Source of the DNA: Mytilus edulis
Lineage: Eukaryota
NCBI RefSeq assembly: GCF_963676685.1
Contig: NC_092356.1
Span: 61,814,001-61,878,000, forward strand
Direction of reading: 5' to 3'
DNA length: 64,000 bases
This document shows, one piece after another, positions 39,201-51,672 of this stretch; the first letter of the stretch is position 1; the number at the start of each line of letters is the position of its first letter. A program made the translations under genes and the position numbers. The notes under the pieces are model-generated. The model made no database searches and was not told the DNA's origin. It saw only the letters and a list, made by a program, of their open reading frames with translations.

Positions 39201-40827
39201 AGACAACTATCCACAAAAGACAAAAATGACACAAACATTAACAACTATAGGTAACCGTACGGCCTTCAACAATGAGCAAAGCCCAAACCACATTGTCAGC
39301 TATAAAAGGTTCCGATAAGACAATGTAAAACAATTCAAACAAGAAAACTAACGGCCTTATTTATGTAAAAAAATGAAAGAAAAACAAATATGTAACACAT
39401 AAACAAACGACAACCACTGAATTACAGGCTCCTGACTTGGGACAGGCACATACAAAAATAATTGTACTTCCCATTTCCATTCTCAATTTTATTTTGCTGC
39501 CATTTTAAAACTTGAAAAGTAAGCTACATCCTGTACATGTAACAAAAAAAAATATATATGCAAAAAATAACATAAAACCGACTCTTAATTAGTACAAAAA
39601 ATTGATGTAGAACTCACAAACTGACGATGATCAGAATTACAAATGTTTGTTTATTAGAGTCTGATTTTTTTTTAGGAAAGCCCTTCAGCGCTATCAATTA
39701 AACTTATTTAGTCAAAATTTAACACTAGTTTAAAGGTATATCATAACAAATTGGCAAATACAGCCTTATTATCACCATAAAAACTACTGTGTACGGAGTT
39801 ACATGTGCGGTTTGGGAAGTTTTATGTTTTTAGATATATAAAAGTTCAATTTATTTTGCATTTCTGAAAGATAAAATCATTTTTGGTCAATATCAAAATA
39901 TTTTTTTTGTCGTATGCTTGAATAGATTTTTTATTCATCAATTTGGGAATCAGAATATTTTTTTTAGGAAAAATACCATTACCCCTCATGCCTTTTCAAG
40001 TTCAATGTTCGTTCCCTACACATTTTCCATCTGAACTTATAATTTTATTTTAGACATAAACAATATATTAATGTAGCCTAGGACATTCGTTCTGAACATG
40101 CATGAAATATTTGCCACTGGACGTTAAACAACCAACAACATGAACAACCTAATCTATATTTAGGACATTGTCTTAGTACAAAGCTGGCATTTAAGGTAGC
40201 GCCTTCCTCATATTATGATTTAGAGAATATATTGAATAATGCCAAATCTGAGAATACTTTAATAGCAGTCACAGAACTACAACCGCATGCAGGATTATAC
40301 CCATTTAATCTTTTAATAACCTAAATTGTACAACTTTTGATCTTTTAATTTTCATAAAAAATATCTTTGATCAGATTTCCGGTATTGATATGCTAGTATG
40401 ATAAAGTGTTCATTTTATATCCTCAAAGTTCTCGTACATATGGAAAAAAAATATTTCATGCTGGCCTTGATTTTGATAAGAATTATTTGACAATTCAAGA
40501 TACTTTTATAGTATTTGTGTATGTTACTGTTTTCTTTAGGTGACATGTTTATGGCCTCATTAACACCTTTGATGGTATCTAATCTGTTGATCACTTTATC
40601 ATGGGTTAATTAGTATAATTACTACGATTTACCACGGTCAATGTTTACTTTGCAATTTCCGTCAATCCCGACTATTTGTAACTTTCGTTTCTAAAGGCTT
40701 AATTTTTTTTAATTTTTTTTCTTTTTAGAAAACTAAAATCCACGAATTTAAAAACCCACGAACATGTTGATATTACTCAAACCACGAAAAATAATACTCA
40801 CGAATTAATTAAAGTACTTTCACAGTG
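36284..40827. mobile_element. ~4.5-kb decayed TIR DNA transposon carrying an OTU-like relic and nested repeats
   Basis: Left end tactatgaaagtacttttattcgtggggtaccaattttcgtgg; right end ccacgaaaa...cacgaattaattaaagtactttcacagtg; absent from the equivalent spacers at ~16740 and ~52420. Confidence 0.75.
37060..37425 (+). pseudogene. OTU-like cysteine protease domain relic
   Basis: VPGDGNCF (37073), then after frameshifts MWATSFKIQAA (W at 37286) and IAISLSGSHFNL (H at 37409, same frame as the W, two stops between). Confidence 0.7.
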
Positions 40828-43800
40828 TAGATATGTTTATTCTACTAATTATCTAGATTATGCTAGTAAAGATTTATCAGAATTAGAAGATTGCTGTCTT
40901 AATTTTCTTTCACAACTTTATTTAGTGAATAATATTAGTGTTCTAATTGTTTGTTTGTTTGATACAAATAATACTATGACACCAGATAATTCAAGTGACA
41001 AAACTAAAATTTCTGATAGGTGATTTAAATTTATTTTTGAGCATATCTGTCAATGGTCAGATATTTCCAGATCAATGAATTACCCCTTTTCTACAGGTAT
41101 AACTATGTATTTCTATATTGAATTCTTCAATTTCACGCATTTGTAGCTCTTTTGTCATCAATTCAATTTAAGTGACACATATTAAATGTCTGTGTACAGA
41201 GACCTTCTATTCAGGTAAACGTAGTATAGAAAGTCAATGCTGTGCACTACCATGACTATCTTAATATATCGTGTGTTGAAAAAAAATCAACATACATTTA
41301 AATACATATGACTGCATAAAACAGCGTAATGGTAAAAGTACAAAAAGAAAATAATCGAATAATTTTGGTTTTACGGTCATACCAATTTAGAGTTTATTTA
41401 TTGTACTCTGTCAGAATCCAACAAATCAACATACTGTGTTTATTGTTTCATTCATTGATCTGGGAAACACGAAAATATTGTTTCCTTTTCAAATTTTGAT
41501 AGGTATAACAGGCGGCCGGACAAGATTCATCATCACACAATGTTCGACAACTTTATTTTTATGAATTCATTATAGCCAACAGATTATTTCTCTTAAAGAT
41601 TTGTATTCTTCAACAACGAAAAAGCTACACCTTGGTATAGAGGTGTTCTTCAAATTTTATCATCCCCTCTCAATCTTGTACTTTCTTTAAACGATGCATG
41701 ATGAATGTTTAATTATACTGAAGAAAAAGAAAAAAACGAAACTTCATTCCCGGGTTTGTCCATTTGACTGTCCATATTCAGGATCTAGTTGTAAGAGTTT
41801 TCTTTATTTACAGAACATCAATAGTTGCATTCCTGTAATCTGAGACATATATTACAATGAAGTGGTAATCATATTCGAACTTATAATGATCTGGAAGTCA
41901 GCATACGATATAGAAACATATGTATTGTCGAACTAAATGTACTTATTTATATTTTACATATACAACAAGATCTTCATTTGTCATACTAAAATTTGTATTC
42001 CTATTTTTCTGCTGTTTAATATATTCACTTTTACAGGTAGTCATCCTGTAATATCCCAAATGAACACACACAATCAAAATATGTTTACTCGTTCACTGTG
42101 TATCACTCAATTTATTGTTTTTTTTGTTGGACGAGGGTTATTTGGTATCAGTAAAGACAAATACTCTACAACAACAAAAAAATACTTTCTGTGTTTTGAT
42201 TCCTTCTAGAACTTATCACAATTGTTTACGAAAGTGGCAACTTTTGATGAGCATGTTGAATTCTGTCGCTAACAATATCGGGTTCCACAACTTTATTTGC
42301 ATTTTGTTATTCAAATTTTATAATTGACATTTTTTTGGAACTGTATCATATTTGGACCAGATATGGTTACACCATTGAAAGACTAGCTATCGCAAATGGA
42401 CTATTGATCACACAGATTTGCCTAACTTTTGTAATTTTATTGATTAATGCAACTGTTGAAATTTAAACGGCAATGTTCTAATAAACGTAAAAGAGAGGCG
42501 AATGACACCAAACGGAACAATCAAACTCAAAGTCGAAAATAAACTGCCAAACTTACAACATATAAAACCAAAGACTGGGAAAACACAAAACCACCAAAAA
42601 CTAATGGTGATTTCAAATGTCAAGGGTAATTTCAATGAGTATGACCTATGTATAACTAGCAAATTCTCAAGTCAGGGTCTTTGCTAGGACAGATTACTTC
42701 AACCTTAACTAGACTTTTCCATAGATACAAAGATTTGGTTTACAAGTTTAGCTTTACCTGAAGGACCTATATCAAAAGGAATAGCACATTCTTATTTGTA
42801 CGGTAATGCTGCTTCAGAACTCGGAAATATATATAAAATCCGAGTAAACTTATCAATCCTTTAAATGAACTTATTCTGAAAGGTTTCCATTTCGACAGTG
42901 TAATTATATCTTTGAATGTTGTTTTTATTTGTATTAATATCGATTATGTTATCAATATATTAAAATACCACAGTTGAATGCGTATTGATTGATATTTAAG
43001 ATTAAGATACTGGAATTTGAAATGGGTTCTTGTTTTCTAACTAGCTGTCAGTAACGTTGAGTACTATCAGATCTGTATATATTTTTTTAATTTTTGTAGG
43101 GATGTATTAATACCTTTGCCATGCCCGGTCTATGTATGTGTAAGATATTTTTCAGTTATGTTTGGATTCGAAGAGTTCATCCATTTTTAACTGAATTTGG
43201 AAGTGTGTTCTCGTGTTGTGCTGTTAAATCAATGTATAAGGTAAGAAGGCTTCTTCTTTAAAGTGTTTAAGCCCAACATATTCTAATGTGCTTTTTTAAT
43301 ATATGATCACGTAGTTTAGTGATTGTCGTTGATTCATGCCTGTCATATTTGTTTTCCGTAAATTGTTATGCTATAAATTAGGCCGTTTTCTTATTGGAAT
43401 TGTTTCATATTTTTCATGTTCAAGTCCTTTTATAACTGACTATATGGTACATGTTTTCTCAGCTGTAAATTTGCATATTATTGCTCAAATCTACTTCATT
43501 TAAACTTTGGAGGATAGTTGTTATATAGTGTGTACCACAACCTCTTTTTTTATACAAAACACAAACTTAACATTTTAAACTATGCAAACGATTTTAAGTC
43601 AATGAACCATCATGATGGGGTAAGTTCCTATAATCTCCATGGAAATTAGACTTGCCAATGCTTATAAAACTGCATACCAAATATAAATATGTAACATTAA
43701 TGGTTGATCTTAAACTGATATAATCAATAACTTTTACATGTAAACTATGTAATCAAATATGATATGACTGAGGGGGAGGAGCCAAAAAATCTCCATGGAA

Positions 43801-44389
43801 ATAAAATATGCCAATGCTAATACATCCTAAATATGATTGACTTACCATTATCTTATTCATGAAATTGACCTTATCGCAACTTATTAAGAAAAGTTTCAAA
43901 GTTGATAGATAATTACGAAGGCCCTCCGCCGAATAATCGGCATGAAAATTAGATGTCATTGACCAAAAGAAGCAGCTAATTCTCTGATTACACTAATTAT
44001 GGTGTTAACCATGAGGGTTTCCTCTTTATTTATTTTGAACCAATTACATTACTCATGACACATTATTATGTTGAAGTTTTAATCAGAATCTGACATAGTG
44101 AACTCTTTAACAATGTCCTCTTTATCATCAACATCATCTGACATCTCTTCGTCTTCACTGTTGTCATCCTCAACTTCATCTTCATCATAAATATCATCGT
44201 CATCATCAATATCATCGTCATCATCGTCATCATCTCTATCATCGTCCTGATCATCATCATTTTCACTTTTATCCTCCTCATCTTCACTAGCAGACTTTGC
44301 AAGTTGATCAAGGTCATCACTATCAAAATCACTAATTGTAGAAAATTGCATAAATCGTTAACACAATGAAAACTAAAACAAGTGTTAAT

Positions 44390-45170
44390 TTTTAGCTCAC
44401 CTGGCCCGAAGGGCCAAGTGAGCTTTTCCCATCACTTTGCGTCCGTCGTCCGTCGTCTGTCGTCGTCGTCCGTCGTCGTTAACTTTTACAAAAATCTTCT
44501 CCTCTGAAACTACTGGGACAAATTAAACCAAACTTGGCCACAATCATCATTGGGGTATCTAGTTTAAAAAATGTGTGGCGTGACCCGGCCAACAAACCAA
44601 GATGGCGGCATGGCTAAAAATAGAACATGGGGGTAAAATGCAGTTTTTGGCTTATAACTCAAAAACCAAAGCATTAAGAGCAAATCTGACAGGAAGTAAA
44701 ATTGTTGATCAGGTCACGATCTATCTGCCCTGAAATTTTCAGATGAATCGGATAATCGGTTGGTAGGTTGCTGCCCCTGAATTGGTAATTTTGAGGAAAT
44801 TTTGCTGTTTTTTTTGTTATATTATTATAGATAGAGATAAACTGTAAACAGCAATAATGTACAGCAAAGTAAGAACTAAAAATAAGTCACTATGACCAAA
44901 ATAGTCGATTGACCCCCTAAGGAGTTATTGCCCTTCATAGTAAATTTTTAACAATTTTCTTAAATTTTGAAGATTTTCAATAACATTTTCCACAGAAAGT
45001 ACTGTTATAAATAGAGATAATTGTAAGCAGCAAGAATGTTTAGTAAAGTAAGATGTACAAACTCATCACCATCACCAAAACACAATTTTGTCATAAATCC
45101 ATCTGTGTCCATTGTTTAATATTCACATAAACCAAGGTGAGCGACACAGGCTCTTTAGAGCCTCTAGTTT
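44390..45170. mobile_element. Helentron-type non-autonomous element, unit 3 only
   Basis: tttagctcacctggcccgaagggccaagtgagct hairpin, (GTC/GTCC)n microsatellite, matching ggtgagc subterminal IR and aggctctttagagcct hairpin at the far end; T-rich target. Confidence 0.8.
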
Positions 45171-45271
45171 TAATACAATTTCAAAACTTCCATATCATCC
45201 TCAAAATGCTCAAATAGAAGACTTACAAGTAAATAAACTCATCATAGATACCAGGACTAAATTTAGTATAT

Positions 45272-45312
45272 ACGCCAGACGCGTGTTTCGTCTACAAAAG
45301 ACTCATCAGTAA
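45272..45312 (-). ncRNA. Hammerhead ribozyme core in an ~80-bp insertion; 5' arm of stem I truncated
   Basis: Minus strand UUA CUGAUGA GUCU-UUUGU-AGAC GAAA CACGCG UC^UGGCGU. Confidence 0.65.
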
Positions 45313-45867
45313 CAGAGCACAATGGCAAAATTCCAAAACCATTTAATCATTACTGAGTGGTACATTAATTATAATTTATAAAATGATAACTAGAACAAGT
45401 ATTAGTTTTCTAATACATTTCCTGAACTTCCATATTATCCTTATAATGTTCAAATGGAACACTTAAAAAGGCACAAGGTAAAATTCCAAAATGATTTTAT
45501 AGTTACTGAGGGGTACAGATTATTGTTCTTTTTAAAATAAAGTGATGCAGATACAAACTAATACCAATGATTATTGTCTACCATAAACACAGTTGATCAG
45601 GGAAAATTAACATTACGAAATTGTAAAATCAAGAAACAGTCAGGCATAACTGTTAGTATTGGACTCAAAATTAAAGATCAAAGATGTTTATACAACAACA
45701 TACTAAATCTATCTGGTTTCTTAGATGTAATTTTTCTTTGACTTTGCCAATATTTGACTTAAAACATTTGTATTAATTTTTTTTGTAAATAAGGCATTAT
45801 TTATATATTGATTTGTTATTCTTATTTACCAAAATATAAATTGTAAACTTTTATTTAATTGTGTTAA

Positions 45868-46441
45868 AGTCATAAGAAACAAGTGACCGGTGAAAAATAA
45901 TGTTCTTCCAATTCTTGAACCAATTCATACAAACATCATAAACTTAGTCTTCTGTTCAAGAATGTTTCATTTTGTCGCATAAATTTCGTATAATTGTCAA
46001 TTTTTTTTCAATCAGTCAGACGTGTTGTTGTGAAATATGGCAGGTAATTAAAGTTCGTGTTTTGAAGCCGAAGTTTAACGATTGTCACCTGTTTGTCAAC
46101 AATCAACAAAAAATCAACAAAAAAGCATGGAAATTGAGCACGTGTTTAACATGTAAATTCAGATAATAGTTTATTTTAAGGACATCCATGCGTATTGCAA
46201 TCACCGGATTTTTACGAGACGGGTCACACTGAGGTCACTTAACATACGGAAAATATGTCGGGGAAATTGCTTCTTGGTAAGAAAGCAATTAAAATAAAGT
46301 AAACTTCTTCTAAATATGAATAAATTAAAGAATTTTCTTCAAAAAAAGGTATATGTACATATGCTTTATAATGAAAACTATCCATTGAGTTATAAAAAAA
46401 CATATGCGTTATTTTTTTTTAATTTGAGATTTCTTATGACT
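45868..46441. mobile_element. 574-bp MITE with TTAA target duplication and AG..CT termini (Kolobok-like)
   Basis: ttaa|agtcataagaaa ... tttcttatgact|ttaa; empty site ggtg-ttaa-ctgtcc in unit 4 (~56485). Confidence 0.85.
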
Positions 46442-47610
46442 TTAACTGTCCTCAAGTGTTACAATTGCCTACCAGAATGTTTAATTAATACACACTCGCC
46501 TTGTCCCTTGGTCTGAGTACAAACAGATTTTATTGGTTTTTTTATTTATCCAAATAATTAGTGAGTATGCCCATACATGTAATAACTTGCATTTCGAAAC
46601 AAATTATCTTATCGCCAATGTTGTTCATTCTTCTAAATCACAACACCAGAGATATGATAACATTGCAACAAATGTTATTAATAAACAAATAAGCTTTATA
46701 TTAAGTCAAAATTGGTTCAAAATAAGAAGACACAATATAAATTCTTTATAGCCTTTGACTGTGAACATTAAGAGTTTAGGAGAAGTGCTATTCAATAAAG
46801 TACATTTGTGAATTGTAAAATGTATTTCGAAATGCCTCCAAACATGATAGAATTTTGTGCTTAACAAATGATACACCAGTATGCTACATTGATCTGTAAA
46901 GGTTTACTCTGAGTATCGGTGAAATTTGATTATGCTAGAAGCCTAACAATATTTTCTGCTTTTTAATATTAAATGTGTGCCATAATTTGTAAACTAACTT
47001 ATAATAAATTATTCTCACCTGTAATTCTCATCGGAATTGTCTTCCTTTGCCTTTGCTGGTCTTTCACCTTTTGGTAGGAACCTTCAAGGATAAAAGAATT
47101 TTGTTTTATATACATGTATATATATCTTTGGATCAAATTAAAATATGATTTTTTCACTTATCATTCTGTATTATTCGTTTTTGCTTTATTGAGCATTTTA
47201 TCACTTTTATTTGTAAGAAAGGGAAAAACATTTATCCAAACCCACAGAACATAAATTGCAATGCATTAGAAGGTAGACACTAATAATTAACAAGAATGTG
47301 TAAATAGTACACGGTTGTCTCACTCGCTCTATTATATTCTATGTTCAGTGGACCTGACATTTGGGCCAAAACTCTAATTCGGCATAAAAAATTAAAAAGA
47401 TTATATCATAGGAAACATGCCGTCCGGTCTAAGTTACAAGTTGATTGGACTTCAACTTCATCAACAACTATATTGCCAAAATATTTAACCTGAAGCTGGA
47501 CAGACGAATAGACTTACAAACGGATGAATGAAGGAGGGACGCACAGACCAGAAAATCATAAGGCCAATAAATTGGCCAATAAATGGAAACTATGATTATA
47601 AACACTCTTT

Positions 47611-48599
47611 AAAACCAAGTGCTCCGCAGGGTGCAGCTTTATACGACCCCAGTGGTTGAACCCTGAACAGTTAGGGCAAATTTGGTCACAATATTCAAGC
47701 TTGGTTCTGTCTGAATTTGGATTGTGATCAAATTTTTGAAATAATATAGGTTTTTGTCACAAAATTAATGTGGTCAAAGATCTAACAAATCTATTGCACA
47801 ATACTGTGCAATTGAAGATTTCTTCTTGAAACTTTTCAGAATTCGAAATTTGAAGCCCTTCAAAAAATGGTAAACAACCCCCCCCCCCTCCCCCTCAACT
47901 TTTTGAAACCCCCTTGGAGTAATAACCCTTAAACTAAATCCCATGCTTTCCATTGCAGTATTGAACCTTGTAGTACAATGTTAGAGAGATCCATACACTT
48001 AAACACAGGTTATTGTCATGATTGTTTGGAAACTAGGAACATGCTTCTTTTTGGCCCTTTTTTTGGCCCCTAATTCCTACATATCTTGGGCAATTAACCC
48101 AGAACTTAATCCCTGCCTCCCCTTTGTTATATGGTACATTGTGGTACAATTTTAGAGAGATCCATACAATTACACATAAGTTATTGTCTTGAAACTAGAA
48201 AAATGCTTGTTTTGACCCCTTTTGGGCCCTTAATTCCTAAACATTGGCCCCATAACCCCTAAAATGAATCCAAACCTTTTACTTGTGGTTTTAAACATTG
48301 TGGTATGATTTCAGAGCAATTGAAATACTTCTACACAATTTATTATCCTGAAACTAGTAAAATGCTTGTTTTGGGCCCCTTTTTGGCTCCTAATTCCTAA
48401 TCGGTTGTGACCATCATCCCCAAAATCAATCCCAACCTTCCTCTTGTGGTATTGAACCTTCTGAAAAAATTTCATGAAGATCTATTCACTTAAACTAAAG
48501 TTATTATCCCGAAACCAATGTGTCTTCGGACGACGACGACGCAGACGACGACATCATACCATTATACGATCCCAAAATTTTTTTGAGGTCATATAAAAA
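47611..48599. mobile_element. Unit 3 copy of the 1469-2456 element
   Basis: Near-identical sequence and same insertion site. Confidence 0.7.
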
Positions 48600-51500
48600 T
48601 CTGTATTAACCTGGTTGTATCATCATCTGACTCATCACTGTCTGATTCAAACAAGGCAGATAACTCTTCCTTTTCTGCAGCTGTGGCCGTCTGAAGTACT
48701 TTGGGTCCTTTTGGTCTTTCAATAATCGGTATATTTGCCTCAGCCTTAGAGAGTCCCTAAAATATAAAAGCGTATTGTTTATTTGGAATCATTACAATTG
48801 CTGTTTTGATTATGATAGATGTATGATGCAGGGAAAACATGCAGAAAAGAACAAAGTCAGTTTTATTTTATATCTTTATCAGATAAACCAATTTGATGGT
48901 AGATTATAATTTCAGCAATTCGTTTAATACAAGTTGATATTTGAGATAATGATATATCAGGAATTGTAGTATTAGAAACTTCTGGAGTGTTCTATAATTA
49001 ATGCATATCATTACCACTTTCATCATAAAAAGTTCTGATATTTATTTGAATATATATTAAACTGTTAAAAGCGTAAAAACAAAACGTTCTGTTTAATACA
49101 AGGACTGTAGTCCAAATTTACAAATTAAAAAAAGACCCTGTTAATTGTAATATGAAGGAACATTATGAGGTGAACAAAACTAGTGTCCTATTTTGATTAA
49201 CCTGCATCTGGATTCTTAACAAATTCTTATCATTAACAGACCTGTTCTTTAGCAGCAATCTGGTACTGCAATTCTCTGTCTCTTAGCTTCCTCCATGTGG
49301 TGAAGTATTTACCTAATGGGGTACCAATATTCTTACACTGTTGTTCCCATGCTGTCTGTAAAAGAGTAGAATTATAAGTGTTTAATTTATTTCATTTAGT
49401 TTGTATACATCTACTACAACAAGATGTTCACAAGTATAAATACCTTCAACAACAACACCATTTACAGCAAGTATAAACATATCAACAACAACAAGATCTT
49501 CATCATTAATGCATAAATGAACAATGACTATAGCTCCACCAAGTATAAATACATGATCAACAAGATCATCTCCAAGCACAACATTAGTAAGATCTTCTCT
49601 TAGTATAAATACATCAACAAAAAGATCATCACAAAATGCAAATTTATATACATCAACAACAACAAGATCTTCAGAAATACCAATGAATCAAACGCAACAA
49701 GGATATATTATTCCCTAAATAAAATGCTTTTAACTTTGGATAGACACCTATATTTCGTTGTTTTAAACATATTTGTAAGCAATATATAAAACATATATAA
49801 ACCGGATGCTCCACAGGGTGCAGCTTTATACGACCACAGAGGTCGAACACTGAACGGTTGGGGCTAGTTTGGACACAACATTCAAACTGGATACAGCTCT
49901 GAATTTGGATTGTGATTAAATAGTTGACACAGCATAGGTTCCTGACACAGAATGAATGTGGTCTAATGAACTTAAAATGTTTTTTTTTTTTGCTTTTGAG
50001 CAATTCACTATGCTGTTGAATATTAATCCTTTGATATTTGAAGAAATTTTCTTTTTCATTTTTGAAATCTGAAATAAGAAAAATTAAACCCCACTAATTT
50101 GTTTTCACCTTCCCCTTTCCCTTATTCCAAAAATGATCTCAATTCAAATTTCTAATGGAGTTTTCAACAATAACTACTCACTTAAATACATCATAAAATA
50201 TAAAATGTCATACAGTCATGATTTAAGTTGATTTGACTACTATTCTGGACAAAGAAAGATAACTCCAATGCAACATTTTATATTGGCAAATTTCCAATGA
50301 AGTTCATTAAACTATAGTTTTTGGCAAATTTCTCAATGTGGACCAATTTGATAACCGATCCTAAACATCAAAAATCTAAATACATGGTTAGATTCAGCAT
50401 ATTGAAAAACCCCATATATTGAATTTTTGTTGAAATCAAACAAAGTTGAATTTTGGACCCCGATTTGACCAACTTGAAAACTCGGCCCATAATAAAAAAA
50501 ACTAAGTACATATTTAGATTCAGCATATCAAAGAACCCCAAGAATTCAATTTTTGTTAAAATCAAACTCAGTTTAATTTTGAACCTTAATGTAGACCAAT
50601 TTGAAAACGGGACCAAAAATTAAGAATCTAAATAGACGGTTAGATTCAGTATATCAAAGAACCCCAATAGTTCAATTTTTGATGAAATGAAACAAAGTTT
50701 TATTTTGGACCCTTTTTCAATTTTTGCAGTCGTATAAAAACAACACATAAACATTTAATGAGTCCGAAGCATTTTTCTGGATTAACCTTCATGTGGAAGC
50801 CTCAAAGCCAAATATTTGAAAGCCAAAGATGCATAAAACCGAAACATTTTAAGAGCTATTCAATAAAAAAAATTACCTAAAATAATAGCCAAATCCTTGA
50901 CCTTCTAAGGCCAACTCTGCTTAATGGAGTTGAAACCTGATGGAGTTTCTTTAATAATGAATACAAAATTTTTAAACAGGCAAATTTAGAGAGGTTCTTT
51001 GTTATTCATGGCAGTTCAAAACTGCTGATTTCTGATCTCATGGTACCCTCTGGAACTGATACCATATAGCAGGTTATTTTCGCGGGTGTAAAATTTCGTT
51101 GAATAAGGTATACGAAATATTTTGGCAGTTATTATTTTTGCGGAATTAAAACTTTTATCAATACCTTTGCATGTACGTTTATAATTTGGCGATTTTGTTC
51201 TACCCGCAAAAATAATTTAAAAATTTACACCCCTCAAAAATAACCCACTATACAGTAGTCCACCTGAAGAGGTATTAATCCAGTGATGTAACAAAGTGTA
51301 TAAATGTAATGCCTCACAAGTGCTTTTCTGGATTAACCTTCATCAGGAACACTTAATTCTCTTTTTGAAAAGTACAGTGGTGTGAACAACAAATGAATGA
51401 ACTGTTAAAAGAAGCATATTCTAGTTTCTAATTCGTTGAACTTTCTTAGCAAGAAATATTGGAAAGTTGAAACCAGGTAGAAATAAGAATAAATATTGCC

Positions 51501-51667
51501 AATAAAATGCCTGAACCACCTGAATAATATTTGGTCTGTTGCCTCTTTATTTTGGTATCTGGTCTGTTGATTATAGATACGGTTCTCAAATTTATGGACT
51601 ACTTTGAGTGTAAATCATACTAGTCTTTTTATTTCAAAACCCATCCCTGATTTAACCCTGTTCTAAT

Positions 51668-51672
51668 CTAAT
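51668..51672. other. Deletion junction with CTAAT microhomology
   Basis: Left side matches ..gttctaatCTAAT (5548-5552); right side matches CTAATcacaagactacttcagg (15747-15751). Confidence 0.9.

Larger units (their letters stand above)
44079..49355 (-). pseudogene. NOC2L: NOC2L 3' fragment, unit 3. Last four exons only: 49242-49355, 48611-48756, 47019-47081, 44079-44331
   Basis: Same exon sequences and splice sites as the other units; the three preceding exons and the nested gene are removed by the deletion at ~51670. Confidence 0.8.
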
